Shown here one piece after another: positions 47,443 to 56,255 of a DNA stretch of 64,000 nt. This stretch comes from Candidatus Sungiibacteriota bacterium (GTDB taxonomy: Bacteria > Patescibacteriota > Minisyncoccia > Sungbacterales > SURF-37), in contig JACPMF010000004.1 in NCBI GenBank assembly GCA_016186145.1, positions 345-64,344 on the forward strand, given 5' to 3'. A program made the position numbers and the translations under genes. Under the pieces are notes generated by a model. The model had not been told where the DNA came from, ran no database searches, and was given only the letters and a program-made list of their open reading frames with translations. Within the stretch, counting starts at the first letter, position 1, and each line of letters starts with the position of its first letter.

Positions 47443-47787
47443 AACTTCAAGATTAACGCATGGGGAAGGAAATGAAATACCTCACCGCGAGTCCTTGGGG
47501 TGTATAACAATAAACATATTTAGGCATCAATTTAGCAAATTCGTCAATATTGACTACAACTAAGATGCTTCTACAGTTGGTATTAAGATATTGATGCTGG
47601 AAAGAAAAGGGCAACCAAACACTTAACGCGGTTAAGTGCTCGGCCAGTCTATTCCTAGGCAACATACCATCGCCGGTTTTTTGTTTACCAGTGCGATGAT
47701 CTTGTTCCTTAATAAAATTTCCAGTAGGGAAAACGTATCGAGGCTCAAACTTCTGACTTTGAATTCTGAAAAAAAGGAGGGTGCGAA

Positions 47788-49845
47788 ATGGAAATCCGAG
47801 ACAACGAACGACTCGCCTTCCACATTGGCGAAGTCGTGCGTGGAAGCAGAAAGTTTGAAAATGCTGCCACAAGCGTATCGCGGATGATTTTGGGACGAGG
47901 AGTAAAGAAAAGCACAAGAGCCGGGCAGACTACATTTGAGTTCGGCTTCTTCCGTGGAGGCCGCAAGCACGTTGTCGGCTGGTTCGATGAGATCAACGAC
48001 CTCGTTAACTTCGTGAAGGATGCCGCCGAAGGCGGGTCCTCGCAGGAAATGGCATTCGTGCTCGTTGGCGAACCCGGCAACGGAAAAACCTTCTTTGTTG
48101 AAAGCCTCTGCTCCGCGTACCGACAGTTCATTGCGCAACCGGAAAACAGAAGGTACACGTTCGAATTCGTCGGCTTGGAAGAACTGGGGCGCTACGGAAA
48201 TATTGGGGTCATCCAATCCCAAACCTTTGAAGACCCGCTCGTCTTGGCCATGAACCTTGGCGTGTCAAAAGATCAGAACAAGGAACGCCTGGCAAAGACG
48301 GGATTCGAAGACCACGACATCGACCGGCTCTATGGAGACTATCGCCCGCTTGGGGCATGCACGGAATTCATCTGGAACGATATTCTCACCCACTGCGACG
48401 GCGATGTGGAACGGGCGCTCGGATTCGTACGGATTGTGCCCGTACCGATCGCCGAAAGCCTGGGAACCGTTACCGGCAAATACTCGGCTCGCGACAAAAT
48501 CACTTCTTCCGCAACCGACCTCCTCGGAGAAGAAGACCTGTCGCGTCTTTTGAACCTTAAGGATACGTCCAATCCCTATAAGTACAACATCCGGAGGGGC
48601 GCGATCGCGCGTGTCGCCGGTGGCGGCATTCACTTTTCAGACGAGCTTTTCAAGAACAAAAAAGACCTTGTTCAGATTTACCTTCAGGTTATTCAGAACC
48701 GAACGATCGAACTCGACGGGTACCGCTGGCCCATTGATACGCTCATCATCGCAACCAGCAACAACTGGGAATACAACCGCTTTACCGGCGAACGAGAAGA
48801 GGCTCCGATCAAAGACCGCTGCCGCATTTGCTACGTTTCCCACAACACCGACTACAGGCTTCAACAAGTGCTGAACCGGTACGCGATCGGAAGCGAAAAG
48901 AAAGTCACCGTAACCGGCGAGGGGCTCCATGAGGATCCTAACCTTGTGTACGCCCTTTCGGTCGCCGTAACACTGACTCGTCTTCCGCATAGCGACAAGC
49001 TCACCCCGATTGAAATGATGAAGCTTGAAGCCGGAGAAACTGCCGGAGAGAAAAATGTCAAGACGCTGGCTGAAATAAAGGGAATGCTGAATGCCAACCC
49101 TGACGTTACAAAGCGTTGGGGGCAAAAAGGAATCGGACACCGCGGCCTCGGAAGAGTCGTCCAGATCATGCTTGCTATGCCGGAGACGCACGAAGGCAAA
49201 TGCCTTTTTGCGAAAGACTGCTTTGAGGCCGCTGAAAGAGAAATTCTTGACTATATCCCCGATGCGGTCGACCGCGAAAAATTCATGAAGGACCTGAAGG
49301 TTGCCCGGAAACTCTACCGAGGCGAGATCAAGACCTCGATCTTCAACGCTTATCGCGACGACCCGGAAGCCATCCGCAAGGATGTCATCGCCTATGTCAA
49401 CATGATCATCGGTATGGACTCCGACCAGCTGGGTCCGGACAAGATTTGGCGGTATCGTGATCCGCAAACCGGCGAGATGAAGGCGATCAAGGTTGAAGAA
49501 CGCTTCATCGACAGCGTTGAAAGCCGTCTCGGCCTTTCAACGAGAGAACGGAAAGAAACGTTCCGCACGTCCATCCGGAAGATTTACGGCCAGAAGGTTT
49601 CTACGGAACCGAACTACGACTTTATGGATAACGAGGCGCTCGTGAAAGCCGTAACCGACGTCCGCCTCGAATCCGACGTCGCCGGAGCCGCGAGTCTCGT
49701 CGGAGCGCTCGCAAACCGCGCGAATGAAGAAAACGTGCGCATCTACAACAGGATGATTGAAACCATGCTCAACAAGCTGAACTACTGCAGGACATGCGCG
49801 CAAAAAACCATTGAGTACTTCTGCGAAAAAACGGATGAGGACTAA
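47788..49845 (+). CDS. PrkA/YeaG family AAA+ serine kinase
   Basis: LVGEPGNGKT, FSDELFKN, IIATSNN.EY, DRCRICY; AGGAGG SD. Confidence 0.88.
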   Translation: MEIRDNERLAFHIGEVVRGSRKFENAATSVSRMILGRGVKKSTRAGQTTFEFGFFRGGRKHVVGWFDEINDLVNFVKDAAEGGSSQEMAFVLVGEPGNGKTFFVESLCSAYRQFIAQPENRRYTFEFVGLEELGRYGNIGVIQSQTFEDPLVLAMNLGVSKDQNKERLAKTGFEDHDIDRLYGDYRPLGACTEFIWNDILTHCDGDVERALGFVRIVPVPIAESLGTVTGKYSARDKITSSATDLLGEEDLSRLLNLKDTSNPYKYNIRRGAIARVAGGGIHFSDELFKNKKDLVQIYLQVIQNRTIELDGYRWPIDTLIIATSNNWEYNRFTGEREEAPIKDRCRICYVSHNTDYRLQQVLNRYAIGSEKKVTVTGEGLHEDPNLVYALSVAVTLTRLPHSDKLTPIEMMKLEAGETAGEKNVKTLAEIKGMLNANPDVTKRWGQKGIGHRGLGRVVQIMLAMPETHEGKCLFAKDCFEAAEREILDYIPDAVDREKFMKDLKVARKLYRGEIKTSIFNAYRDDPEAIRKDVIAYVNMIIGMDSDQLGPDKIWRYRDPQTGEMKAIKVEERFIDSVESRLGLSTRERKETFRTSIRKIYGQKVSTEPNYDFMDNEALVKAVTDVRLESDVAGAASLVGALANRANEENVRIYNRMIETMLNKLNYCRTCAQKTIEYFCEKTDED

Positions 49846-49909
49846 AAACTGAAACATGGTGTCCCTCTCTCTAGAGAGGGACTTATTTCCAAGGAAGTAT
49901 TTAAAAGCT

Positions 49910-50026
49910 ATCTTAAAAATCATTTTTTCCGCGTTTTTCCGCGTAGCATTCCGCACTTATCCGCGGAGTCTCCGCGGAAGTGTGCAGATTGCAACGCAGA
50001 TTTATGCGGAAATTGAATTTTGAGAT
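49910..50026. repeat. about 115-bp TCCGCG-repeat palindromic element, copy A
   Basis: Near reverse complement of 51636-51750; core ATCCGCGGAGTCTCCGCGGA. Confidence 0.8.
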
Positions 50027-50268
50027 GAATTCTAGAATGAAATGCTTCTTAGGAAATGAGTAAAATCAATCTTTAAAATCTCTTTTTTCCGCATCTATAA
50101 TGCGAAACACGCTGATGATTTATGCGAATAAGACTAACTGTTCGCATAATTCGCATCATGTATTCGCATCGTTCGCATTGTAATGACACGGAAATTGAAA
50201 TTTGGGATGCTTACTCAGAGCACTTTTAAAATTTAAATTCCACACGACGAAAAGGGGGGAAGACCGCA

Positions 50269-51630
50269 ATGCGGAAAGACAGCAAGAAAGAAACGGCTGG
50301 AAATGAACACGCCACCAATCTTGATGTTCTCGGCATGGAACTCGCGCTTAAAGCGAGAATTGAAAGACGTATTGCGAACTGGAACGGACAAGGAGTTACC
50401 GGCGCTATCACCTCTTTGGAGTCCCTCCAGGACCTCTTGAAGAGGGACAAAGAAAGACAGCAGGACGGTTTTCCTTCCAAAATAAAATTCAGAAGGGTTC
50501 TCGCGGCAAATAATCGAGTAGTCAACGTTCCGTATGTCGACGAAGAAAAGCTGTTCCATGGACCATTTGAACCGAAGGGCGCAAAGCTTGTCGCCCAAAC
50601 CGCTGATTTTCTCGAGCTTCCGGACATTGACGAAGCCACCGGACACGGAGACGGCGATGTCGGCGACGTAATCGGTGAAGTGCCGATGCCCGGCAGGGGC
50701 GGTGGCGGCGATGACGGCGACGAAGGCGATGGAAACGGATCACAGCCCGGCGCCGGAGATGAAGACGCGGATCACGCGCTTGAAGAAGAAGCGTATGAGT
50801 TGGGAAGACGGCTGATGGAACAACTCAAGCTCCCCAACCTCAAAGACAAGGCAAGAAAAGTTCCTACCGATGAATACACCTACGATCTTACCGACCGCCA
50901 TCGCGGTTCGGGACAGGTTCTCGACAAAAAAGAAACATTGCGGCGCGTTGTCAAAACAAACCTGATTCTCGGCAGAATAGAAAAAGACGCCGTCGATACG
51001 AGAAAAATGATCGTCAGCCCGGGAGATCTGGTATTTCGAGTTCTTTCCCGAGAACGGGTCTGGAAAGCGCAAGCCTTGGCATGTTTTCTCCGAGACTACT
51101 CCGGTTCAATGTGGGGGGATCCTACAAAAGCCCTCGTATCCCAGCACCTTATGATTTACGCGTGGCTTCTGGTTCAATATGAAAAACGCGTTATCCCGCG
51201 ATTCTTCGTTCACGACCATAACGCGCGCGAAGTGAGCGCAAAAGAATACTTCGGACTCGGGTCTTACGGCGGAACACTTATCGCTTCCGGCTACAAAAAA
51301 ATCAACGAAGTAGTTGAGGGTGAAGGCCTTGAGAACGACTACAACATTTATGTCTTCCAAGGCACGGACGGCGATGACGGCGACGAAGGCGAATTCGCCC
51401 TTCCGGAGCTCAACAAAATCCTGAATTATGTAAGTCGCATGGGAGTCACCCTGTTTAAACATCCTTACTACACAAGCCAGGGCCAGAAAACAATCTTTGA
51501 GCAATACATTGAAAAAGGCGGCATCCTGGAAAGAAAGGATGTCTTCCGCATGCATACCATGCCGCGATATACCAACGTGACCGAAGAGATGAATGTTGAA
51601 GCGCTTCGCACGCTCATTGCCCAAGACTAA
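50269..51630 (+). CDS. YeaH/YhbH (DUF444) vWA-like protein
   Basis: G.GDVGDVIG, LKLPNLK, RDYSGSM, GGTLIASGY, YVFQGTDGD. Confidence 0.88.
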   Translation: MRKDSKKETAGNEHATNLDVLGMELALKARIERRIANWNGQGVTGAITSLESLQDLLKRDKERQQDGFPSKIKFRRVLAANNRVVNVPYVDEEKLFHGPFEPKGAKLVAQTADFLELPDIDEATGHGDGDVGDVIGEVPMPGRGGGGDDGDEGDGNGSQPGAGDEDADHALEEEAYELGRRLMEQLKLPNLKDKARKVPTDEYTYDLTDRHRGSGQVLDKKETLRRVVKTNLILGRIEKDAVDTRKMIVSPGDLVFRVLSRERVWKAQALACFLRDYSGSMWGDPTKALVSQHLMIYAWLLVQYEKRVIPRFFVHDHNAREVSAKEYFGLGSYGGTLIASGYKKINEVVEGEGLENDYNIYVFQGTDGDDGDEGEFALPELNKILNYVSRMGVTLFKHPYYTSQGQKTIFEQYIEKGGILERKDVFRMHTMPRYTNVTEEMNVEALRTLIAQD

Positions 51631-51635
51631 ACCTA

Positions 51636-51750
51636 ATCTCAAATTCAATTTCCGTGTAAATCCGCGTTGCAATCTGCGTGTTTCCGCGGAGACTCCGCGG
51701 ATCAATGCGGAATGCTACGCGGAAAAACGCTGATATAGAACTTTTGAGAT
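51636..51750. repeat. about 115-bp palindromic element, copy B (inverted relative to A)
   Basis: ATCTCAAATTCAATTTCCG...TCCGCGGAGACTCCGCGGAT...TTTTGAGAT. Confidence 0.8.
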
Positions 51751-51829
51751 GGCTTCAAGAAGCCAAGGTTGAGCCGGGCCCCGACTCCGTCGGGGCTTTT
51801 CTATAACGGTTACAGAAAGAAAGGAGGAG

Positions 51830-53551
51830 GTGATGGAGCTTTTGAGCCAAAGCATGAAAGGTGAAATGGAAGCGTGCAAGAGGCGGGCAAGAGAAGCCGG
51901 TCTCGTGTTTCAAGACAACACCCTCGAATATGTCGTAACCAACCAAGACATGCTGGAGTTAAGCCCTCGAGTGATGATCCCGACCCTCTACGACTATTGG
52001 GCGTTTGACGTCGAAGTCCACCAAAACCGATGGATGTATGACATCCATCCGCACAATCCCTATGAGACCGTAATCAACACGAGACCTCCGATTTCCTTCT
52101 ACAACCAGGATAATGCGGACTGGTTTAACGTGATGATTTTCTATCATGTCCTGGGACACATCGACTTCTTCCAGAACAATACGTTCTTCCGCAGGACATG
52201 GGACGACGATTTCTGCGGGCAAGCCCTCGCGGATAAACGGCTCATCAACCGGATCCGCGCGGAACACGGAGACCAAAAACGATGGGTCGACTATCTGATT
52301 GAATTTGCGCGCGCTATCGACAATTTGGTGGGATACCACCAGGAGCTCAAAGAAGGCGACGAAGCGGAACAACCGGAAATTTTCGGCGCATTTTCTGAAA
52401 AAGCGGATTTTTACTTCGGGCAATTCCTGAAAGAGCTCTACGAAGCAAAAAGAGTCAAGCTCGAATTCTACTACGAAGAAATCGAACGCTACAACCGCTG
52501 CGTGAGGACATTCGGGAAAAAGCAGGGCGAACTCGCCTTCTTCGAAGACAACACGTTCAGAAGCAAGCTCCCCGAATTCAACGATGTATTCAAGAAACGG
52601 AAAGAAAAGGGCGAGAAACCGAAGCCCAAAGACATTTTTGAGCACCTCGCGGAGCGTTCGGACTCCCTGAACCAGGAAGAGAACCGGTGGATGAAAGAAG
52701 TGCTGCAGGTAATCAGAAGAACGTCTCTCTACTTCCAGCCGCAGATGAGAACTAAGATCGCGAACGAAGGTTGGGCAAGCTTATGGCACCAAACCCTCTT
52801 CATGGCAGATGAACGAATGAGCACCCATGAAGTAGATTTCGCAAGAGTAGATTCGGCGGTCACTTTTGATCCGCGGCTCGGAATCAATCCGTACGCCGCA
52901 GGCAAGCACCTTTTTGAATTCATCGAGGCGCTTGCCCGAAAGGGACGCCTTTCACCGGAATACCGTCTGCTCAAAAACATAGATACGCGAAAGAAGTACG
53001 ACCGGGATTGCGGACAAGCTGCCGGGCGAAAAGCGCTCTTTGAGGCACGGAGGCATTTTGACGACTATCTCCTGGTCAACTTCCTTTCTGATGAAGACTT
53101 CCAGGATTTTGTGGATGAACACAAGCTATTCATTGCAGGAGTCCGGCCAAGCCGCGAAAGATGGGACAGGGCTGAAATCTACATCAAATCGCGGAGCGGA
53201 AAAGAATACCGACGCCTTCTCAACCGAATGCTCTACCATCCGCCATATGTTGATTTCTCCGGAGCGAAAGCAAAAGACGGAGAACTGTATCTTGATCATG
53301 TGTACGAAGGCAGGTCGCTCTTCAGAAAGTACATCGGCCCGGTCCTAATCGGACTCGAATTCCTTTGGGGACGTCAGGTAAAACTCGAAACGACGGAATA
53401 TGAAGAAACCCAACCGAAAAACTGGTGGGAGTGGAGAAGTTCCCAGTACCAGCCGGAATACAAAAAAATCAGGGTCCTTTACGCCTGTGACAAGCGAAAA
53501 ATAACGAGAACGATTCTCGACCAAACTACCACGGATTCCTATGGAGGCTAG
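51830..53551 (+). CDS. SpoVR/YcgB family protein
   Basis: YETVIN, HVLGHIDFF, YFQPQMRTKIANEGWASLWH, NPY..G. Confidence 0.9.
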   Translation: MMELLSQSMKGEMEACKRRAREAGLVFQDNTLEYVVTNQDMLELSPRVMIPTLYDYWAFDVEVHQNRWMYDIHPHNPYETVINTRPPISFYNQDNADWFNVMIFYHVLGHIDFFQNNTFFRRTWDDDFCGQALADKRLINRIRAEHGDQKRWVDYLIEFARAIDNLVGYHQELKEGDEAEQPEIFGAFSEKADFYFGQFLKELYEAKRVKLEFYYEEIERYNRCVRTFGKKQGELAFFEDNTFRSKLPEFNDVFKKRKEKGEKPKPKDIFEHLAERSDSLNQEENRWMKEVLQVIRRTSLYFQPQMRTKIANEGWASLWHQTLFMADERMSTHEVDFARVDSAVTFDPRLGINPYAAGKHLFEFIEALARKGRLSPEYRLLKNIDTRKKYDRDCGQAAGRKALFEARRHFDDYLLVNFLSDEDFQDFVDEHKLFIAGVRPSRERWDRAEIYIKSRSGKEYRRLLNRMLYHPPYVDFSGAKAKDGELYLDHVYEGRSLFRKYIGPVLIGLEFLWGRQVKLETTEYEETQPKNWWEWRSSQYQPEYKKIRVLYACDKRKITRTILDQTTTDSYGG

Positions 53552-53667
53552 TTTCTAAGACGCCGGCAATTCGTACGCGCGAAACCCGCAAGCGCGGGGC
53601 AGCGCATGCGAATTGCTGGCTTTTCTAAAAGACCGGCGGCCGTTAGTAAAACGAAAGGAGGAAAACC

Positions 53668-55869
53668 ATGCCCGCGGTGAAAGACGCCCTGACATATCTC
53701 GGATCTGAAATCGGAAAAACGGAAAAAGTGGTAACCTTAAGCTTCGAAGAATATCTTGACCTTGCCGCACGAGAACCGGGACGAGTATTGCGAAATATCT
53801 TCCAACTCTTTTACGACATGGTCAACGAATGCGTGGACAAAGGGACCGATGAGTACCCTGATGATCCGGAATCAATCGGTTTTGTAAAATACGATTGCAC
53901 CCGGCTTTTTGCCGAAAGAGCGGACAATCCATTCTTCGCCGACCGGCTTTTCGCGAACCGGTTCATACGCCAGATTGAAAGTCTTCGGCAGGGTTTCCAG
54001 CAAAACCGCATCTATGCCTACGAAGGCCCTTCCGGCTGCGGCAAAAGCACATTTCTGAACAATCTTTTGAGAACCTTTGTCGCTTACACCAACACAAGAG
54101 CGGGACAAATCTTCGAGCTTGTCTGGGAGATAGACGGAACTCTTTTTTCTCAAGATGCCGGAGCCTCCAAGAAACTGGTTGTTCCGTGCCCGAGCCATGA
54201 CTACCCGATTTTGGTCGTCCCGAAAGAACACCGGCCTGAATTCTTGAGAAAACTCCTCCCGGACGGGGAAGCCAAGCAAAAGATTCTCGGAAGCAAGGAA
54301 TACGAATGGCTTTTCACCGGAGAAGTGTGCACCGTTTGTAAGTCAATTTTTGAGCTCGCGCTCGAAAAACTCGGTTCTGTCGAAAAAGTATTCACAATGC
54401 TCCGGGCGAGAACCTATAAATTTGATCGGCGCCTCGGGGAAGGCATTAGCGTCTTCAATCCGGGCGACCAATCGGTATGGGTCGGAAACGACGGCAAACC
54501 GACCGGCGGCGTTTTCACCAACAAACCTCTACAACAAGATCTCGATCGGCTATTCGGCGCAGGAAGGGTCAAGTATGTCTTCTCTTCTCTCGCGCAGACC
54601 AACAACGGCATCCATGTGCTGATGGATGTAAAGGGATACAACAAGGCGCGGCTTCTCGAGCTTCACAATGTCATCAGCGAAGGCGTACATAAAGTGGGCG
54701 GTGTAGAAGAAGGCGTTACGGCCCTTTTCTTTGCCCTCATGAACCCGGAAGACAAACGAGTCATCACCGACGAGAAAATGGAGTCCTTTGAAGGAAGAAT
54801 CCAATACAACAAAATCCCCTATGTACTGGCACCCGACACCGAAGTGGATATCTATCGCAGCATTTTCGGATCCTCGATCGTGGCAAGCTTTCTCCCGCGA
54901 GTCCTTGAAAACTTCGCGCGCGTAATTATTTCTTCCCGCATGAACATGGAGTGCAAGCCGCTGAAAGAGTGGATCCCGGATGTCGCAAAATACAAAAAGT
55001 ACTGCGATGAAAGCGGCTTATTGCTTCGCATGGCAATCTATATGGGAGTTATCCCGAACTGGCTTTCCGAAGAAGACAGAAAAAAATTCGCCGCTCCGGT
55101 ACGCCGGGCATTGATCGCAGAGGGCGAAAACGAAGGTGGCAAAGGATTTTCCGGCAGAGACTCTTTGCGTCTCTTTGGCGAATTTTTCAGCCGCTACAGC
55201 GGGCGGCCAAGCTTGATTACCATGGAGAATGTTGAAGACTTCTTCAAGCACCGCATCGGAAGAGAACGTCGCGATGAATTCATACCGAAAAACTTCCTTG
55301 CGGCACTCATCGGAGCATATGATTATGCGATCTTGAACGAAATGAAAGAAGCCATGTACTTCTACAACAAAGAACGGATCTCGAGAGATATCCTGAACTA
55401 TCTCCATGCGGTCAATTACGAAGTCGAGACAAAGATACAATGCCCCTTTACCGGCGAAGAAATGGAAGTAACAATGGTCTTCCTCAAGCTTATGGCAAGC
55501 CGTATTGCCGGAAGAGAAATGAGCGATTCCGACGCCTTGAAATTCGCGCAGGATATCCAGAAGAAGTTTACGGTCGCTGCCGCCAAAGGAGGCGGCATAA
55601 CGGAAACAGAACTTTATAATGATCTTTTTGCCGCTTACGTGAGAAATCTTAAGGAAAAAGTGCTGCAACCGTTTGCCAAGAATGCAAATTTCCGCGAAGC
55701 CATCAGGGCGTTCGGAACAAGAGAGTTCGAAACGTTCGATACCCGGCTGAAAGAACACGTAATCGCTATGATCAAAAACATGATGGAGAAGTTCGGGTAC
55801 ACCGAACAGGGAGCAAAAGAAATCTGTCTTTACGTGATAGACAAAAACCTAGCAGAAAAGTATTCATAA
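53668..55869 (+). CDS. second PrkA-like AAA+ protein
   Basis: EGPSGCGKSTF, VPCPSHD.P, EG.KGFSGR; AAGGAGG SD. Confidence 0.8.
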   Translation: MPAVKDALTYLGSEIGKTEKVVTLSFEEYLDLAAREPGRVLRNIFQLFYDMVNECVDKGTDEYPDDPESIGFVKYDCTRLFAERADNPFFADRLFANRFIRQIESLRQGFQQNRIYAYEGPSGCGKSTFLNNLLRTFVAYTNTRAGQIFELVWEIDGTLFSQDAGASKKLVVPCPSHDYPILVVPKEHRPEFLRKLLPDGEAKQKILGSKEYEWLFTGEVCTVCKSIFELALEKLGSVEKVFTMLRARTYKFDRRLGEGISVFNPGDQSVWVGNDGKPTGGVFTNKPLQQDLDRLFGAGRVKYVFSSLAQTNNGIHVLMDVKGYNKARLLELHNVISEGVHKVGGVEEGVTALFFALMNPEDKRVITDEKMESFEGRIQYNKIPYVLAPDTEVDIYRSIFGSSIVASFLPRVLENFARVIISSRMNMECKPLKEWIPDVAKYKKYCDESGLLLRMAIYMGVIPNWLSEEDRKKFAAPVRRALIAEGENEGGKGFSGRDSLRLFGEFFSRYSGRPSLITMENVEDFFKHRIGRERRDEFIPKNFLAALIGAYDYAILNEMKEAMYFYNKERISRDILNYLHAVNYEVETKIQCPFTGEEMEVTMVFLKLMASRIAGREMSDSDALKFAQDIQKKFTVAAAKGGGITETELYNDLFAAYVRNLKEKVLQPFAKNANFREAIRAFGTREFETFDTRLKEHVIAMIKNMMEKFGYTEQGAKEICLYVIDKNLAEKYS

Positions 55870-55888
55870 CCGTGAATGACTAAAACAC

Positions 55889-55914
55889 AAAACACCGGCA
55901 CGCCGGTGTTTTTT
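55889..55914 (+). terminator. intrinsic terminator of PrkA cluster
   Basis: AAAACACCGGC-AC-GCCGGTGTTTTTT. Confidence 0.75.
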
Positions 55915-55916
55915 AT

Positions 55917-55941
55917 TGGGTGCGCCTGGATTTGAACCATC
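55917..55941 (-). pseudogene. tRNA 3'-end fragment
   Basis: GATGG-TTCAAAT-CCAGG-CGCACCC-A, 15 bp downstream of outer tRNA-Ile. Confidence 0.6.
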
Positions 55942-55956
55942 AACCTAAAATAAAAA

Positions 55957-56160
55957 TGGGTCAGGATGGACTCGGACCATCGATCCCCAAGGTACCGCGC
56001 CCGACTTCGCCTTGACGAATAAATTTTGCGAGCGCCTGGATTCGAACCAGGAACCCCGGAGGTATAAGCTCCGTGCTCTAACCGTTGAGCTACGCTCGCG
56101 TAGCGGCGAAGTCAAGGCGGGCGGGTAAGCTCGATGCTTTAGCCGCTAAGCTACTGACCC
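55957..56160 (-). tRNA. outer tRNA-Ile(UAU) split at position 35/36 by a 131-nt insert
   Basis: 5' part 56160-56126 GGGTCAG TA GCTT AGCGGCTA AAGC A TCGAG CTTA; 3' part 55994-55957 TAC CTTGG GGATC GATGG TCCGAGT CCATC CTGACCC A; joined gives a 73-nt cloverleaf. Confidence 0.8.
56027..56099 (-). tRNA. tRNA-Ile(UAU), intact, nested
   Basis: GCGAGCG TA GCTC AACGGTTA GAGC A CGGAG CTTATAC CTCCG GGGTT CCTGG TTCGAAT CCAGG CGCTCGC A. Confidence 0.93.
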
Positions 56161-56255
56161 TCTTTTATTGCACTTAACATTAAACACAAAAGCGAGCATA
56201 TCCTTTTCTCGCACAATAGCGGAGGTTTTGGAAAATATGTGGAAAGATATGCGAG

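Noticed and set aside
55995-56125. Group I intron call for the tRNA-Ile insert (35/36 position, terminal G)
   Set aside because: Only about 58 nt remain outside the nested tRNA, no P3-P7 core is recognisable, and the 5' exon ends in A rather than U.
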